Counted from the first letter of the stretch, positions 1 to 9,511 are shown. The stretch is 64,000 nt of DNA from Acidimicrobiaceae bacterium (GCA_041166745.1 JBEEGH010000032.1:37329-101328); one strand, 5' to 3'. Notes: a model not told the origin generated them from the sequence alone. Made by a program: numbers and translations.

Positions 1-259
1 GTCCGTGATCGACGACCCCTTCACGTTCGACATCACCCGCAATCCCAATATGCACACCATGCACGTCGCGTTCGGTGGGGGCGGCCCTCACTTCTGCCTC
101 GGAGCCAACCTCGCCCGCGCCGAGATCAAGGTGATGTTCGAGGAGATCATGAGGCGCATCCCCGACATGCAGCTCAAGGCTCCCGCCCGGCGGTTGCGCT
201 CCAACTTCATCAATGGCATCAAGGAGATGCAGGTCGAGTTCAGCCCGTCGGCGGCCTGA
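1..259 (+). CDS. cytochrome P450, C-terminal fragment (gene runs off the 5' edge)
   Basis: Heme-thiolate loop FGGGGPHFCLGANLARAE (FxxGxxxCxG). The tail RSNFINGIKEMQV resembles, from memory, CYP124/125/142-type lipid/sterol hydroxylases. Stop at 257-259. Confidence 0.85.
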   Translation, partial: SVIDDPFTFDITRNPNMHTMHVAFGGGGPHFCLGANLARAEIKVMFEEIMRRIPDMQLKAPARRLRSNFINGIKEMQVEFSPSAA

Positions 260-560
260 TCGCCTCGACGACGCGGTCGGTCTGCGCCTGCTGCTCGTAC
301 GTGAGCCGAGCCAGCCAGAAGCGTAGGAACTGCGCGATCGAATAGCGGACGAACAGGGCCGCGCCGACGATCGTCACGGCGACTCCGATCAACCCGATCG
401 CAATGCCATCGAGCTGCTGTCGTTGATCGTTCGTCGCCGCATGCGAAAGGGCGTAGCCGTCGATGGCGATCGCAACGCCGAGAGCGAGCAACACTGCCCC
501 GAACACGAGGAGCGCGCGATCTCGCCGTAGCGCGGGATCATGCACTCGCATCTGCTTCAC
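240..560 (-). CDS. small hypothetical membrane protein (two predicted TM helices)
   Basis: 106-aa ORF with two hydrophobic stretches (LLVFGAVLLALGVAIAI and IAIGLIGVAVTIVGAALFV). No recognisable family. Its 3' end overlaps the P450 3' end convergently. Confidence 0.35.
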   Translation of the reverse strand: MKQMRVHDPALRRDRALLVFGAVLLALGVAIAIDGYALSHAATNDQRQQLDGIAIGLIGVAVTIVGAALFVRYSIAQFLRFWLARLTYEQQAQTDRVVEAIRPPTG

Positions 561-601
561 CTCCGCCTTGAAGCGCTCGACCCTGTTGCCGTCATCGTTC
601 G

Positions 602-1300
602 TCAGTTTGATCGTCCTCCGAGATACGCGCTGTGTAATTCCTGTTCGACCACTTCGGGTGAACCCATCGCTCGGATGGTGCCGTTCACCATGATCGCCGC
701 TCGATCGGCCACGTCGAGCACGACTCGAGCGAACTGCTCGACCACGAGGATCGAGACGCCCTCACGAGCAATCTCGCGCACCTTCTCGTACAGGCTCTCG
801 ACCACAAGCGGGGCGAGCCCCATGGAGAGCTCGTCGAGCAACAACAGCCCGGGCTCCGAAGCAAGCCCCCGGGCCAAGGACAGCATCTGTTGCTCGCCGC
901 CCGACATCGTCCCCGCGACCTGATCGCGCCGATCCGCGAGGCGCGGGAAGCGGTCGAAAGCGCTCGCCTCGAGATCAGCGAATCGCCGACCGGTGTGCGT
1001 GGCCACGCGCAGGTTCTCGCGAACGCTGAGGTTCGGGAAGATGCCGCGGCCTTCCGGGATGAGACACAGACCGGCGCGGGCGAGAGCTTCAGGCCGCGCC
1101 CCCTTCACACGGCGGCCCGCGAGGAACACGTCGCCGGACGATGGCGCCAGCAGCCCCGCGATCACCTTCAACGTGGTCGACTTCCCAGCGCCGTTCGGTC
1201 CCAACAGGGCGACCACCTCACCTTCGCCGACCTCGAAGCTCACGCCCCGCACGACCTCGATGCGCTCGTACGCGGCCCGCACGTCACGCAGTTCGAGCAT
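602..1300 (-). CDS. branched-chain-amino-acid-type ABC transporter ATP-binding protein (LivF-like)
   Basis: Walker A GPNGAGKST, signature MSGGEQQML, Walker B LLLLDE. Start trimmed to ATG 1300 (MLELRDV...). The upstream part of the track ORF is Arg-rich and overlaps the next gene. Confidence 0.9.
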   Translation of the reverse strand: MLELRDVRAAYERIEVVRGVSFEVGEGEVVALLGPNGAGKSTTLKVIAGLLAPSSGDVFLAGRRVKGARPEALARAGLCLIPEGRGIFPNLSVRENLRVATHTGRRFADLEASAFDRFPRLADRRDQVAGTMSGGEQQMLSLARGLASEPGLLLLDELSMGLAPLVVESLYEKVREIAREGVSILVVEQFARVVLDVADRAAIMVNGTIRAMGSPEVVEQELHSAYLGGRSN

Positions 1301-1305
1301 CGCGG

Positions 1306-2037
1306 TCACTTGTCGACCCCGAGGTACGCGGCGAGGACGGCCGGGTTGGACTGGATCTCGGACGCCGTGCCGACCGCGAGCATCTCGCCGAAGTCGAGGA
1401 CGTGGATGCGCTCGCACGTCTCCATCACGAGGTCGACGTCGTGCTCGACGAGCACGATCGCCATACCGTCGGACGCCAAATCGCGCAGCAACCGAGCGAG
1501 TGCGGCGGTCTCGCTCTCGTCCTGGCCGGAGGCCGGCTCGTCGAGCAACAGCACTCGCGGTCTGGTGGCCAGCGCGCGGCCCACTTCCACAAGACGAGCC
1601 AGCCCCGTGGGGAGCCGGTCGACACGCGACTCGGCCAGCGCACCGATCCCGAGCCGCTCGAGGACCTCTTCTGCCACTGCATCCGGATCGATGCTGCGAT
1701 CCCGCGTGTAGCTGCGGTGGAGGTCGGCGGCGACGCGGACGTTACTGCGAACCGAAAGCAGCGAGAACAGCTCGAGCCGTTGGAACGTCCGGCTCAACCC
1801 CGCTCGAGCCCGCTTGTGAGGCGCCACCCGCGTGACATCGCGGTCCCCCAAGTGCACGCTTCCGGTGGTCGGGTTCTGCAACCCCGTGACCACATTGAAC
1901 AACGTCGTCTTGCCGGCTCCGTTCGGCCCGATGAGGCCGGTCACGACGCCAGCGTCGGCACGGAGCGACACCCGCGAAAGCGCGACGTTCCCACCGAAGC
2001 GAACCGTCACGTCCTCGACCGTGAGCGCCGCGGTCAT
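1306..2037 (-). CDS. branched-chain-amino-acid-type ABC transporter ATP-binding protein (LivG-like)
   Basis: Walker A GPNGAGKTT, Walker B VLLLDEPASG, LivG-type C-terminus. ATG 2037 overlaps the permease stop (ATGA). Confidence 0.9.
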   Translation of the reverse strand: MTAALTVEDVTVRFGGNVALSRVSLRADAGVVTGLIGPNGAGKTTLFNVVTGLQNPTTGSVHLGDRDVTRVAPHKRARAGLSRTFQRLELFSLLSVRSNVRVAADLHRSYTRDRSIDPDAVAEEVLERLGIGALAESRVDRLPTGLARLVEVGRALATRPRVLLLDEPASGQDESETAALARLLRDLASDGMAIVLVEHDVDLVMETCERIHVLDFGEMLAVGTASEIQSNPAVLAAYLGVDK

Positions 2038-4211
2038 CGCGTCACGTCCGGTAGAGCAACGACCGCATCGATGGCGCGCACGTCGGCGGCGGTGAACGGC
2101 CGATCGATGCCCAACCATTCCAGGGGCACGTCGGTGTCATGCGACCGCCCGCCACCCGCTCCGACGAGTTGAGCGACCAACGGCGTCGCGAAGATCGCGA
2201 CGATGGCCAGGGTGCCGAACCACCAACCGCCGATGGTGTCGGTCTCGACCGCACCCACGAGCAACGCAAGCGCGACTCCGAGCCCACCGAACACCGCAGG
2301 GTGTTTCAGCGCCGGATCGAACCGCGCCGCAACGTCGCGAACGACGCCATTCGGATTACGGCCCAATCCGATGCCCATGAGGCCGGGCGTCAGGGCGAGC
2401 AGATCGCCAACGTCGCGCAGACCGGGCAGCGAGCGCACCGGGATGTCGAGGTCGCTCCAGGAGTTGGCCACCAACGGGATGCCGTAGAGCACGAGACCGG
2501 CGAAGACCGCACCACCGATCGATCCGATACCGCCGACCACCGTGAGCAGCAGCAGAGGCAGGCTGTCGAAGAAGGTGAACCGATTCGCCCCCACGGTGCC
2601 GAGCGCGCCGCCGTAGACCGCGCCGCCGACTCCGGCGATCGCGGCCGAGAGCGCGAACACCGCGAGCTTCGTCGCCGTGAGGCCCATCCCCAGCGTCGCG
2701 CAGGCGGCCGGGCTGTCTCGCATGGCGAGCAGCCGCTCGCCGTACCGGCTACGGCGCACACCCACGACCAGCAGCGCGAGTACGCAGAACAGCGCGGCGA
2801 CCACCACGAGCTCGGCGCGTTCGCTCGTGGGCTCGATGCCCGGAACGTGGAGCCGGTGGACCGGCACCGTGCCCTGATCGAAGAAGCCAACACGAACCGC
2901 ACCGATGTTGAAGCTCGGGAGATTGAAGATCCACCGATCGAGGATCACGGCGAACGCACCGGTGGCCAGCGCGAGATGGATACCCGACAAGCGCAATGCC
3001 GGCAGGGCGATGACGGCCCCGACGACTCCGCACACGACGGCCACCAGTGCGAGGGTGGCCGGCTGTCCGGCGGCACCGTTGTGCGCCATCACGATGGCGC
3101 CGATCCCCGCGAAGCTCATCTGGCACAGGGAGATCTGCCCGCCGTACCCGACGAGCGGAACGAGCGACAACGCGATGATCGCAAACGCGAATAGCCGGGT
3201 GAGCTGCAACGCGTCGGCGTCGGTGACCAAAGTCGCAACGACTGCGACCCCGGCGAGAAGCAGTGCGGCCGCCGTGAGCGAACCGGAGTACGTCGGCGAC
3301 GGGAACCATTCCCGCGAGCGGGCGGAGACGTGTCCTCGCAGGCGTGATTGCGGAAGCGCGAGGAGCACCACGAACAGGATCACGACCGGGATGGCTGATC
3401 GGAACCCGATGACGTAGTCGTTGCCCTTCGGGAGGTAGCCCTGGCCGTACGCGTCGGCCAACCCCAGGATCATGGCGCCCAGGAATGTCAACGAGAGGCT
3501 GCGCAGCCTTCCAATCATCGCCGCGGCGTACGCATTCACGATGAGCAGCGTGAGAAAGAGATGCTGCAACCCGAGCTCCGGCGCGGTGAGGATGCCTGCG
3601 AGTGCCGCCAGCGAGCACCCGATGGCCCACGCCAACATCGCCGACCGGTCAGGCCGCGCCCCGTTCAGTGCCGCCAGTGGACGATCGTCGACCGCCGCCC
3701 GCATCGTCACGCCCGCTCGAGTGCGGTACAGAAGTACTCGCAGACCGATGGCCACGGCGACCGCCAGTAAGAACGAGAACGTCTGATGCCAACTGAGCGC
3801 GACGCCCAGGATCTTGACGTTCGACCCTTCCCAAAAACGCGTGATGGGGTGCGCTTCCTGCGGGCTCCACACCAGTAGCCCAAGATTGAGCGCAGCCGCC
3901 AGGAGGCTCACAGACACCACCAGTTGCACCGCTTCCGAGGTGTCTTGCAAGCGCCGCATGATGCCCAGCTCGAGCACGACACCGAGCGAGGGAGCGATGA
4001 CGAGCAGCACGAGAGCAACGGCGAGCCAGGTAGGCAGTCCCCACTCGACATGGAGTTGCCAGTACGTGAACGCCCCGAGCATGCCGATCGCCCCGTGGGC
4101 GAAATTGAAGATCCCCGTCGTCGTATACGTGAGCACCAGCCCGCTAGCGGCGATGGCAAAGACCCCGGCCGTGCACAGGCCGGTGATCGTCAGAAGGAGA
4201 AAGTGCTGCAC
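2034..4211 (-). CDS. fused LivH/LivM-type ABC permease
   Basis: 725-aa polytopic protein. N-terminal half is LivH-like (TYTTTGIFNFAHGAIGMLGAF). C-terminal half is LivM-like (GYGGQISLCQMSFAGIGA). GTG start at 4211. Confidence 0.9.
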   Translation of the reverse strand: MQHFLLLTITGLCTAGVFAIAASGLVLTYTTTGIFNFAHGAIGMLGAFTYWQLHVEWGLPTWLAVALVLLVIAPSLGVVLELGIMRRLQDTSEAVQLVVSVSLLAAALNLGLLVWSPQEAHPITRFWEGSNVKILGVALSWHQTFSFLLAVAVAIGLRVLLYRTRAGVTMRAAVDDRPLAALNGARPDRSAMLAWAIGCSLAALAGILTAPELGLQHLFLTLLIVNAYAAAMIGRLRSLSLTFLGAMILGLADAYGQGYLPKGNDYVIGFRSAIPVVILFVVLLALPQSRLRGHVSARSREWFPSPTYSGSLTAAALLLAGVAVVATLVTDADALQLTRLFAFAIIALSLVPLVGYGGQISLCQMSFAGIGAIVMAHNGAAGQPATLALVAVVCGVVGAVIALPALRLSGIHLALATGAFAVILDRWIFNLPSFNIGAVRVGFFDQGTVPVHRLHVPGIEPTSERAELVVVAALFCVLALLVVGVRRSRYGERLLAMRDSPAACATLGMGLTATKLAVFALSAAIAGVGGAVYGGALGTVGANRFTFFDSLPLLLLTVVGGIGSIGGAVFAGLVLYGIPLVANSWSDLDIPVRSLPGLRDVGDLLALTPGLMGIGLGRNPNGVVRDVAARFDPALKHPAVFGGLGVALALLVGAVETDTIGGWWFGTLAIVAIFATPLVAQLVGAGGGRSHDTDVPLEWLGIDRPFTAADVRAIDAVVALPDVTR

Positions 4212-4215
4212 GCCG

Positions 4216-5577
4216 TCAGTGCGGCACGGAGCTCGTCAGAGTCACAACGTTGTTGTCAGCGCAGTTGAACTTGCCCTGATTCGGCTTCGTGTCCTTGTCG
4301 TCGTACACGAACTTGTTGCCGTCGACCTTCAGCAGCAGTCCGCAGGTCGAAGGGCTGTTGGCGCCTGGATTGGTCGCGGCGTGCAAGCCACCGCCGGTCC
4401 AGCTGCTCACCTTCGCCTTGTCGATCAAACACTGCGCCGTCAGCTGGGAACCGCAGGCGCTCGCCGCCTGCGCAAACAGCAGCCATGCTGACGTGCCCTG
4501 GATACCCAGCTGCGCGATCTTGCCGCTCGGGTTGAACCGGCTCATCAGCGAGAGGTAGTCGGCGGTCGCCGCATTCTCGTCCTTGAGCTCGAGCGGAAAG
4601 AAGATCGTGCGGATGTAGGTGTTCTTCGCATTCGCGCCGCCCTCGGCCGCGTACTTCGAGTCGTAGAAGTTCGTGTTCACGAGCGTGACGTCCGGAAAGA
4701 ACCCCGCCGTCACCATCTCGGCCTGGAGGCCCTGAAGGTTTGTCGGCTCGCCGATGAGCTCGAACACCCTCACACCCTTGTTCTTCATGTCGTCGACGAA
4801 CGGCCGCCACTGCGTCTCTCCAGGAAACACGGTGTACTCCGCGCTGTAGACGACGGCGCCGCCGAGGAGCCCGATGGCCTCGACGTTCGAGTCACGCACC
4901 TGCTGGGTGGTCGGGACGTTGCCCGTCAGTACGCCGTAGTGCTGCAGCGCTCCGGGGGAGATGCTGTCGACGGCGCGGTAGCCGCCGACCGGAAGCTTGT
5001 CCACCGGGTTGGGGACGGGCTGCACCGTGAGGTCGGCTCGCCGTGCGCCAGCGGTCGTCACGAATCCTGGGATGTTGGCAAGGCCGCACTGCACCGCTTG
5101 GCCGTTGTCATCGCTGTCGAACACCGCACCCCCGCCGACAAGTGCGAAGTCGCTGCCGCAGGCCGCCGTGATGGCATCGTTGTATTGCAGGAGCTTCGCG
5201 TCGAGGTCGTCCAAAACGATCTTGCGGCCGAGGATTCCGCCGTGCAGGTTGCACCACGTTGTGAACGCAACCGCGGCGTCGAACATCTCTTTGTTCAGCC
5301 CCGCCTTGATGTCGGAGCCCTTGTCGGTCACCGTCCCGACGTGGATCTCGGTGTCGGTGACTCCCCGGCCGGTCGCACCACTCGCCTTCTGCCCGCTCGC
5401 GTCCGTGGCGCGGCAGACATTCGCCAGGTCACCAAAGGAACCGCCGTCAAGCCGCGCCTCAGCGGGCGCGGCCGACGACGACGCCACGGCCGCGGGCTGC
5501 GGCGAGTCGCTACGGCCACAGGACGCCCCCAGCAACACAAGGACAGACGCCAGCGCCAGCCCACGTAGACGAGTCAC
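4216..5577 (-). CDS. ABC substrate-binding lipoprotein (Leu/Ile/Val-binding, type 1 PBP family)
   Basis: Lipobox LLGASC after a basic N-terminus. GTG 5577 is preceded by AGGGGGAAAAATCT. Body is LivK-like (GVTDTEIHVGTV...ALVGGG). Confidence 0.85.
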   Translation of the reverse strand: MTRLRGLALASVLVLLGASCGRSDSPQPAAVASSSAAPAEARLDGGSFGDLANVCRATDASGQKASGATGRGVTDTEIHVGTVTDKGSDIKAGLNKEMFDAAVAFTTWCNLHGGILGRKIVLDDLDAKLLQYNDAITAACGSDFALVGGGAVFDSDDNGQAVQCGLANIPGFVTTAGARRADLTVQPVPNPVDKLPVGGYRAVDSISPGALQHYGVLTGNVPTTQQVRDSNVEAIGLLGGAVVYSAEYTVFPGETQWRPFVDDMKNKGVRVFELIGEPTNLQGLQAEMVTAGFFPDVTLVNTNFYDSKYAAEGGANAKNTYIRTIFFPLELKDENAATADYLSLMSRFNPSGKIAQLGIQGTSAWLLFAQAASACGSQLTAQCLIDKAKVSSWTGGGLHAATNPGANSPSTCGLLLKVDGNKFVYDDKDTKPNQGKFNCADNNVVTLTSSVPH

Positions 5578-5601
5578 AGATTTTTCCCCCTGGTTACGAG
5601 T

Positions 5602-5617
5602 GGACCGCTTCCGGTCC
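5602..5617 (-). other. intercistronic GC hairpin (GGACCG-cttc-CGGTCC)
   Basis: 6-bp stem and 4-nt loop in the 49-nt gap between the LivF-like gene (ends 5627) and the binding-protein gene (starts 5577). No U tract follows. Confidence 0.3.
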
Positions 5618-5626
5618 GTGGTTTGT

Positions 5627-6328
5627 CTAGCCGCCCAAGTAGGCGGCCGAGAGCTCATCCTCGAGATCGTCGGGCTGACCGACGCTCACTACTTTGCCGT
5701 GCAACATGATCGCCGCATAGTCGGCAACGCCCAGGACCGTCCGGGCGAACTGCTCGACCACGAGGATCGACACGCCCGTCTTGGCCACCTGGCCGACGAC
5801 TTCGTACAGCTGTTCCACGATCAGCGGCGCGAGGCCCATCGACAATTCGTCGAGCAGGAGCAGCGACGGCTTCACCGCCAACCCTCGCGCCAACGCCAAC
5901 ATCTGCTGCTCGCCGCCGGACATCGTGCCGGCCAGCTGGCCGCGCCGTTCCCCGAGTCGCGGGAAGCGCTCGTACGCGATCGACTCGACCTCGCCGAAGT
6001 CGACGCCCCCGTACGTCGCCATGCGGAGGTTCTCCTTCACCGTGAGGTTCGGGAAGATCCCGCGACCCTCCGGAATCGTGCACACCCCGATGCGCGCGAG
6101 CGCGTCGGTGCTCGCTCCGTTCACGTGACGACCGGCGATGTGAACGCAACCGGCGGTTGGCGTCATCTGGCCACTGATGACCTTGAGCGTCGTTGTCTTG
6201 CCGCCACCGTTCGGCCCGAGCAGGGCGACCACGCTGCCGAGGGGCACGACGAGGTTCACACCGTGCAGTACCTCGATCCGGCCGTATGCGGCTTTCACGC
6301 CTTTGAGCTCGAGGACCTTTTCAGCCAT
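5627..6328 (-). CDS. LivF-like ABC ATP-binding protein (second copy)
   Basis: Walker A GPNGGGKTT, MSGGEQQML, LLLLDE. Start trimmed to ATG 6328 (MAEKVLELKGV...). Confidence 0.9.
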   Translation of the reverse strand: MAEKVLELKGVKAAYGRIEVLHGVNLVVPLGSVVALLGPNGGGKTTTLKVISGQMTPTAGCVHIAGRHVNGASTDALARIGVCTIPEGRGIFPNLTVKENLRMATYGGVDFGEVESIAYERFPRLGERRGQLAGTMSGGEQQMLALARGLAVKPSLLLLDELSMGLAPLIVEQLYEVVGQVAKTGVSILVVEQFARTVLGVADYAAIMLHGKVVSVGQPDDLEDELSAAYLGG

Positions 6329-7100
6329 CAGTTTCCGAGTGCGCGGCTGCTTCCGCGTTGTGCATCGACGTCTCTTCGGCGGCAGCTCCGAGGTAGGCGT
6401 CGAGCACGGCTTGGTTCTGCTGGATCTGCGTAGGGGTCCCGACAGCGAGGATCGCCCCGAAGTCCAGCACGTGGATCCACGCACACACCTTCATGACGAG
6501 CGCGACGTCGTGCTCGACCATCAGGATCGCCATCCCTTCGGCGGCCAGGTCGAGCAGGAGGTCGGCGAAGGCGTCGGTCTCCTGTTCGTCTTGGCCAGAC
6601 GCGGGTTCGTCGAGGAGCAGAACGCGCGGCTTGGTGGCGAGCGCACGCCCCAACTCGACGAGGCGAGCCTGACCGGTGGGCATGGCATCGACACGATCAT
6701 CGGCCACGTCGCGAATTCCGATGCGATCGATGATCTCTTCGGTGACGGCCCGCGGATCGGATTTGTCGCGGGCCCAGCTCTTGCGGATCTCCGCGGCCGT
6801 GAGGATGTTCTCCCGGGCACTCAGCGATCCGAAGACCTCGAGCCGCTGGAACGTGCGCGCGATGCCGCGTCGTGCCCGCTGATGGGGCGGCAGCTTCGAG
6901 AGCTCCTTGCCGTCGAGTACCACCTTGCCGCTGGTGGTCTCTTGCAGCCCGGTGATGACATTGAACGTGGTGGTCTTGCCCGCGCCGTTCGGGCCGATCA
7001 GCGCCGTGATCCGGCCGGCTTCGACCTCGAGATCCACGTCGCGGACCGCGTGGTGACCACCGAAGTGCACGTTGACTCCGCGCGTTTCGAGGAGCGGCAT
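6321..7100 (-). CDS. LivG-like ABC ATP-binding protein (second copy)
   Basis: Walker A GPNGAGKTT, VLLLDEPASG. Start ATG 7100 (MPLLETRGVNVHFGG) shares one base with the stop of the upstream ACAD gene. Confidence 0.9.
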   Translation of the reverse strand: MPLLETRGVNVHFGGHHAVRDVDLEVEAGRITALIGPNGAGKTTTFNVITGLQETTSGKVVLDGKELSKLPPHQRARRGIARTFQRLEVFGSLSARENILTAAEIRKSWARDKSDPRAVTEEIIDRIGIRDVADDRVDAMPTGQARLVELGRALATKPRVLLLDEPASGQDEQETDAFADLLLDLAAEGMAILMVEHDVALVMKVCAWIHVLDFGAILAVGTPTQIQQNQAVLDAYLGAAAEETSMHNAEAAAHSETDG

Positions 7101-8218
7101 CAGGGAGCCGCCGCGATTCGCTGGCCGAGCCGGCGGAGATGTTCGGTGGCCGTGCCCAACGTGAGCTCGATCACCTTGCTCCAACGGAAGTACCGATGCA
7201 CCGGGTAGTCGAGATCGACGCCGACACCGCCGTGAAGATGTTGCGCAGCATGCACGACGCGATCACCTCCGAACGAGGCCCAGAACTTGGCGATGTGCAC
7301 CTCGTCGTGGGCCTCGAGCTCCTCAGACAACCGCCACGCAGCCTGTATGGCCGTGAGCCGGATGCCCTCGGTGTCGATGTACGCGTCGGCGATGCGCTGC
7401 GCGACCGCCTGGAACGTGCCGATCTTGGACCCGAACTGCTCGCGCTCCGACACGTACGCAGCCGTGAGGCGCAGTGCGGTCTCGCACACACCCGCCTGAA
7501 TCGAGCACAGCGCAGCGATGGCTCGCTCCGTGATCCACTCGACGATCTCGTCGCCGTGCTGCGGGTCGCCCAGCGCCTCACCGACCGCGCCGTTGAGGCG
7601 TACCAGGTACACCGGCTCGTCGTTGATCGACTCGTTGCGCTCGAGCTCGACACCCTTGCTGCTCGGGTCGACGAGAAACACACCGACCGATCCATTGCTA
7701 CGCGCCGGCACCAGCACCTTGGCCGCGAGATGCACGGCCGGAACGAGGATCTTCTCGCCGTCGAGCCGCCATCCGTCGCCGTCGGCCGTCGCTGTGGTGG
7801 TGGGCACCGTCGGAACGACGTACTCCCCCGCCTCGAACAACGCGGCCGTGAGAATGGTCGAGCCGTCGATCACGCCGGGAAGCAGCCGCTGCTGCTGCTC
7901 TTGCGATCCGAAGCGCGCGATGGGCAGCGCCCCCAACACCAGCGTCGCAAGGAGCGGCAACGGCGCGGCGGTGCGACCCTGTTGCTCGAGGAGCAGGCAG
8001 GCTTCCATGAAGCCGTAGCCGCCACCGCCGACCGACTCGGGAAGGCACACGCCGAGCAGATCGGCCTTGGCGAGCTCTTTCCAGACGTCGTCGGCGAACC
8101 AGCGACCCGCAGGATCGGTCTCGATGTCTCGCAGCCGTTTCGGCGGCAGCTTCTCCGCCAGGATGCGGCCCGCGAGATCGCCAATCGACTGTTGGTCTTC
8201 GGAGAGTGACAGGTCCAT
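7100..8218 (-). CDS. acyl-CoA dehydrogenase family protein
   Basis: ACAD fold-length protein of 372 aa. Start ATG 8218 (MDLSLSEDQQ...), one base after the stop of the upstream ACAD. Contains EREQFGSKIGTFQAV and HGGVG motifs. Confidence 0.85.
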   Translation of the reverse strand: MDLSLSEDQQSIGDLAGRILAEKLPPKRLRDIETDPAGRWFADDVWKELAKADLLGVCLPESVGGGGYGFMEACLLLEQQGRTAAPLPLLATLVLGALPIARFGSQEQQQRLLPGVIDGSTILTAALFEAGEYVVPTVPTTTATADGDGWRLDGEKILVPAVHLAAKVLVPARSNGSVGVFLVDPSSKGVELERNESINDEPVYLVRLNGAVGEALGDPQHGDEIVEWITERAIAALCSIQAGVCETALRLTAAYVSEREQFGSKIGTFQAVAQRIADAYIDTEGIRLTAIQAAWRLSEELEAHDEVHIAKFWASFGGDRVVHAAQHLHGGVGVDLDYPVHRYFRWSKVIELTLGTATEHLRRLGQRIAAAP

Positions 8219-8219
8219 A

Positions 8220-9386
8220 TCAGTGCCTCGGGATTCTGGGCATGCCAAGACCGAACAATGCGATGAGATCGCGCTGCACTTCGTTCGTGCCGCCACCGAA
8301 GGTGAGGATCAGCGAGCCCTGCATCGCACGCTCGATGCGCCCGGCGAGCGCAGCCGATGGCGACCCACGGCGCAACGAACCGGTGGGGCCGAGCACTTCG
8401 AGGAGCAGCCGGTAGGCCTCGGTGAAGAACTCGGTGCCGAACACCTTCGCCGAGCTCGCGTCGCCCGGATTGATCTTCCCCGTGCACACCTTCCAGTTGA
8501 TGAGCTTGAGGAACTCGGTCTTCGCGAGCACGCGAGCCAGGTTGATATGTGCCCACTCCTGATCGATCACCCGCCGGCCATCGGCCAGCTTCGTGTCCTT
8601 CGCATAGCGAACGACATCCTCGTAACAGCGCTCGACCATTCCGGGCGGTGCCAACGACATCCGCTCGTAGTTCAACTGGTTGGTGATGAGGTCCCAGCCC
8701 CGATTCACCCCCGCCACCACGGCATCGTCGCCGACGCGCACGTTGTTGTAGAAGGTCGTCGTCGTCGAGGCGTTGACCATCGTCTCGATCTTCGTGTGCG
8801 AGAAGCCCGGGTCGGTCGTGGGCACGAGGAAGATCGTGATGCCCTTGTGCTTCGGCGCATCCGGATCGGTACGCGCCGCGAGCCAGATGTAGTCGGCGTA
8901 CGAGGCCAGCGACGTGAAGACCTTCTGGCCGTTGATCACCCACTCATCGCCGTCTTTCACGGCAGTGGTACGCAGCGACGCGAGATCGGTGCCGGCTCCG
9001 GGCTCGGTGTAACCGATCGAGAAATGCAGCTCGCCGGCAAGGATCTTGGGGAGGATCTTGTGCTTCTGCTCGTCCGAGCCGAACTCCATGATCGTCTTGC
9101 CGACGGTGTTGATCGTGAGGAACGGGATGGGCACACCGGCGCGCCACGCCTCGTTCGTGAAGATGAACTGCTCGAGGTCGGTGCGCCCCTGGCCGCCGTA
9201 CTCCTTGGGCCACCCGATTCCGAGCCAGCCGTCGCGGCCCATCGTGCGTACGGCTTCGAGACAGGCCGGTCCACCGCTCTCGCCGGCGGCGACTTCCGCC
9301 TCGACCTCAGGGGTCATCAGGACCCCGAAGTACTCGCGCAACTCCTGGCGAAGCGCTTCCTGCTCCGGCGTGTAGGCGATCTGCAC
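8220..9386 (-). CDS. acyl-CoA dehydrogenase family protein
   Basis: GYTEPGAGTDLASL, NGQKVFTS and GGGTNEVQRD motifs. I prefer GTG 9386, which follows GGGAGGAGCAGC, over the track start at 9434. Confidence 0.85.
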   Translation of the reverse strand: MQIAYTPEQEALRQELREYFGVLMTPEVEAEVAAGESGGPACLEAVRTMGRDGWLGIGWPKEYGGQGRTDLEQFIFTNEAWRAGVPIPFLTINTVGKTIMEFGSDEQKHKILPKILAGELHFSIGYTEPGAGTDLASLRTTAVKDGDEWVINGQKVFTSLASYADYIWLAARTDPDAPKHKGITIFLVPTTDPGFSHTKIETMVNASTTTTFYNNVRVGDDAVVAGVNRGWDLITNQLNYERMSLAPPGMVERCYEDVVRYAKDTKLADGRRVIDQEWAHINLARVLAKTEFLKLINWKVCTGKINPGDASSAKVFGTEFFTEAYRLLLEVLGPTGSLRRGSPSAALAGRIERAMQGSLILTFGGGTNEVQRDLIALFGLGMPRIPRH

Positions 9387-9420
9387 GCTGCTCCTCCCAT
9401 CCCCCGAGGCCGCCCAGAAT

Positions 9421-9434
9421 AGAACGTGTTCCAT
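9421..9434. promoter_or_regulatory. candidate TetR/KstR-type operator TAGAACGTGTTCCA
   Basis: Fits TnnAACnnGTTnnA at all constrained positions. On the minus strand it overlaps a TATTCT -10-like hexamer (9422-9417) about 30 nt upstream of GTG 9386. It lies 78 nt upstream of the divergent GTG 9512. Confidence 0.4.
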
Positions 9435-9511
9435 TTTTCTGCCAGGCTGGAGGGGCAGGGAGTGCGCCCGGTACGTCGAAGTATCAGACTCAGTCTCTGA
9501 TTAGGGGGAAC

